Below, piece after piece: positions 52,361 to 64,000 of a stretch of DNA of 64,000 bases. A program made the position numbers and the translations under genes. The DNA is from Camelus dromedarius. Lineage: Eukaryota. Each line of letters opens with the position of its first letter. Within the stretch, counting starts at the first letter, position 1. A model generated the notes under the pieces. The model made no database searches. It saw nothing but the letters and a program-made list of their open reading frames with translations, and was not told the DNA's origin. The stretch spans positions 7,564,001 to 7,628,000 of the forward strand of contig NC_087447.1 of NCBI RefSeq assembly GCF_036321535.1, given 5' to 3'.

Positions 52361-53583
52361 ATGTGTCCCCCCTTTAGAGGGAAGCCCGATTCAAACTAGC
52401 CACCAATTCGTGTTCCCTTATAGGAAACCATCTCCCATCTACAACCTGTCCAGAGGTGGGGGGGTCTTCAGGTGGTAAGCATCATCAGGGGCCAAGAGGG
52501 AGTGCAGTGGAATTGAAAGGATCACATCTGGGTTATTTACGATCTCAGCAGGTCAAGTCAGCTCAAGCCCAGAATGTCCTTTATTACCACAAAGAGGTCC
52601 TTGAAGGCCCAGAGGGAAACAACTTTCTTAAGTCTTTTCTATCCCTAATAATAAGGCTTCTATTTCCAAACTTGTCAAGCTTAGAGCTGCCAGGGTAACA
52701 GTGGCACAGAAATTGGCCCTTGATGTTTCACAACCTGCCTGCTCTGTGCCTTCAGGTCTCTTCAAGACTTGCCACCGCCACGCTGTCCCTCCACCTCCCC
52801 AGGCCAGTGCCTACGAGGCTCACTCCTGTTAAGTTCCTATGCAAATGTGACTCACAAGTGTGACTTGGAGGGCATCTGGTGGCCCAACATCTTCCTGTCC
52901 ATCACCTGCATCGAGATGTAAACTTCAGGAGAGAAAGGCCTTATATTCACCACTGGTTCCCAGGAGAAATTCAGCCTTCCTAGACAGTCAGTTTGGGGAT
53001 GGATGGAACAAAGCCTGAAGAGATGGTAGCACCAAAGGTGCAGCAGAATCCCTGTGGAGGCCAGGTTTTCTAACTGGGCCACCCAGGCCAGGGAGGAGGC
53101 CTGCCTGGGGGTTCCCAGGGGAAGGCCAGCTTATGCAAAGTCAAGGTGGCAGGAAGTACAGCCAACTGCTGGCCTCAGCAACTTCCTAGCCCAAAGGCTG
53201 CACTCAGGGACCAAATGAGGAAGTTTTACTACAGCTGAGAAGACCCCAGTCCAAAAGGGTTTTAGAAAGTTTATTGCAACCATAGGAAAGTGTCATTAAA
53301 ACCTATTTTAAGCTCGGTTGAAAGTGGTGAGTTAAGTACTAAAACTAACTATACATACAGTTAGCAGGAAGATTCGATCTTTCCAAAAGGAAGGTTGAGA
53401 ATCTCTTGCAATAAAAATTGTTTTCGATGTTTGCTGAGATCCAGTGTTCTCTGGATCTAACTAGTTTTTTTCTGGCTTTGAGATTAGTGTGGAGAACTGA
53501 CAGCATGGGAATCACCTCTGGAGCTGGTGCCACTCCGGGGAGGGCGGGAGCCTCCAGGCTCCCTTTCAGTGTTCACTGAGTGA

Positions 53584-53602
53584 CAGCACCACCTAGTGGC
53601 CA
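53584..53602 (-). promoter_or_regulatory. Probable CTCF site between STIP1 3' end and FERMT3 promoter
   Basis: Minus strand TGGCCACTAGGTGGTGCTG, one deviation from the CTCF core consensus. Confidence 0.6.
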
Positions 53603-53801
53603 CCTCCGTGCGGCTGTGGAATCCAGCCAAGCTCACACTGCCCCACCCCACTCCTTAGGAAGTAAAGGAGGCTCTGGTTCCCAGGAGTGCATTTACACCT
53701 CTCCCTATCCAGACTGTGACCTCTGCAGGACAACTTTAAATCTTTTGGCAAAAAAATTACTCAGGGACATAGCAACGTATAACCACGCCTGACTGGCTTG
53801 T

Positions 53802-53807
53802 TTTATT
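53802..53807 (-). terminator. STIP1 polyadenylation signal AATAAA
   Basis: TTTATT on + strand about 390 nt after the stop; second candidate at 53270-53275. Confidence 0.8.
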
Positions 53808-54198
53808 GGAGGAGAGGACGTGGAGTTAACAATGTGAAGACAGTTGGGACCTGAGGTTGGGAAGAACACCCCCTCCCTCCCCTACCCATACATGCCCACC
53901 GCCCCAAATAAAAAACCAACTATGGGGGAGCAGCTGAGACAGCGACTGGGGGGCAGGGGCGGGAGACATGGAACTCAGGGCAGCAGAAGAGACCATGTGT
54001 GTGCTGGGAAGGCCCAGAGGCAGCGGCTGCACAAGTAACGCAAGTACAAGTCTCTGAATCGTCCACATAGGTCTGTATAAATATATAGATAAGTTGTTAG
54101 CTTTCTCCCCTTCTCTCCCTCCTGCTCGTGCTGCTTGCCGCGGTCCCAGCTCCTCTTTCCACATGAGGGTGAAGGGAAGGGGGATGATGAGCAAGTCA

Positions 54199-62586
<8,388 letters not shown>

Positions 62587-63729
62587 CTGAGGAGAAGAGC
62601 CGCCCATATAGTTCCCCCCCACACACAATATACTTCAATCCCGACTTCTTAGGTGATACTCATTTTTTTCTGTTGCTATCGACAAGCAGGTTACTCTACA
62701 GATTAATGTTAATTAATTGACATTTCTCACACCTTTGGGAACCAGCAAGGAAAAAATAAAACAAGGAAGCATCAGTCTGACACTTTGCTTTTTGCTGGCT
62801 CCTGTATGGATTAGTAAGAACTCCAGCCACTCTTCCCAAAGTCTCTACTTCAAGCTGATAAAGCCACTCTAGGACATACTCATGAGTTCCTTTCATGCGA
62901 GAATAAATTCATTTGCCATAGATTTCCAGAGTTCAAATGATAAATTGCACACAGGCCTAGTTACTCCTCACAGGATGAGGCAACCAGGAAGGAAGTGGGC
63001 TGAGTATGCCCTGACAGACATTCCAGCAACCAGCTTGAGGGGGATGTCTTCAGGAGCATCAAGATGCTCACCTACAATCAGAACAATCTACTTCCCTTTA
63101 CAGGTGTGGTAATGTCACAACGTGGTAGATTACGGCTCTGTTCCTTAACAGGGAAAGGAAAAGCAGTTCCCCAAAATCAATTTTTGCCATGTTTAAGTAT
63201 TATTAAGTTACTAAAAGGATGGAAGAGGATAAAGAAACACTGTTTGTGGTTCAATCCTCTATCTTCTCAAATATTCAGAACAGAAACAGCAGGAACACAT
63301 CAAAGGGTTTAAAAAGGTGAAGTGGACCTTGGCCATGTCAGAACAGGGTCCTAAATAAAGGGCTTTTCTTAACCAGGGAGCCTTACAAGAGAAAAAGGCA
63401 TACACACTTGGTGTCACTCAAGTTACTAAGTTATTCTTTCTTGGTATCTATCATCTGCCCATGACCCACTGTACTGATGCAACACAGAATTGTTATGAGA
63501 AATGACTTTGGAACCGAGGCACACCAATTAGGAACCTCCATCAACCAGAGATCTTAGAAAGACAACCTCTTAGAGGGAAAAGCAAAGAGACTGCCAGCAA
63601 GAAAGGGGTAAAAATCTTAGAGCCCATGACGCAGGTGAGAAGACAAAAGATTTAAAAACTCATCTAGTACCACAAGGCAGCTGGGAACAGCTTGGTGGCA
63701 TTCTTGCCTATCCTACAGAACATCTTCCA

Positions 63730-63990
63730 AACTGAGCGCCTATCAGCAGTAGGTCAAGAAATCAAGTTTGTAGGTCATAACCACCACTTTGAAAGATCAA
63801 ATGGAACAGAAAATACCAGCATGTGGTGCATATAATAGAAGGAATTGTCTTGTTAAACATGGTGTATGTTTATCTATCACTTCGCAGCATTTTGCTGATC
63901 AAGTGTAGACACGTCTGTACTGGGTCAAATTTTCCGAGTTTATCACGGTGAGATTTACTTGAAAGGTTACTTAGTTAAAAATACATATAT
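63730..63990. mobile_element. Possible old hAT-Charlie/MER-type DNA transposon remnant
   Basis: GGTCATAACCACCAC...GAAAATACCAGCATG...GTACTGGGTCA loosely resembles MER-type consensi from memory. Confidence 0.3.
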
Positions 63991-64000
63991 ACAATTTTGT

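Noticed and set aside
51636-52478. 280-aa plus-strand ORF over FERMT3 exon 1
   Set aside because: GTG start, no homology recognised, GC-rich promoter region.
62587-62628. Alternative STIP1 start upstream of exon 2
   Set aside because: Intronic read-back from a GTG; exon totals require the 9-nt MEQ exon 1 outside the window.

Overview
Mammalian genomic DNA, most likely a camelid (alpaca or camel). The call rests on eight tRNA-Ala-headed SINEs of the vic-1 type and cetartiodactyl-type L1 3' fragments. The window is syntenic with human 11q13.1, reversed. Left to right: PLCB3 (-, coding exons 1-15, 3' end off-window), PPP1R14B (+), FKBP2 (-, one coding exon hidden in an N gap), VEGFB (-, most of exon 6 in an N gap), DNAJC4 (-), NUDT22 (-), TRPT1 (+), FERMT3 (-, 663 aa) and STIP1 (-, exons 2-14, exon 1 off-window). 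I traced every visible exon by hand via GT-AG boundaries and frame, and the lengths sum correctly. No CRISPR array, rRNA or genuine tRNA gene is supported. All proteins are known, so any novelty is regulatory. Best leads: (1) a two-uATG cassette plus an in-frame CUG in the VEGFB leader; (2) 17 same-strand RGGTCA half-sites (six DR1 pairs) inside PLCB3; (3) strong promoter-divergent splice donors at four minus-strand promoters, two with a predictable acceptor and polyA signal; (4) back-to-back or overlapping bidirectional polyA signals at three gene junctions; (5) a uORF and (CGG)9 in the PPP1R14B leader. Comparisons to human, mouse and cow sequences are from memory and need checking. No alignment or search was run.
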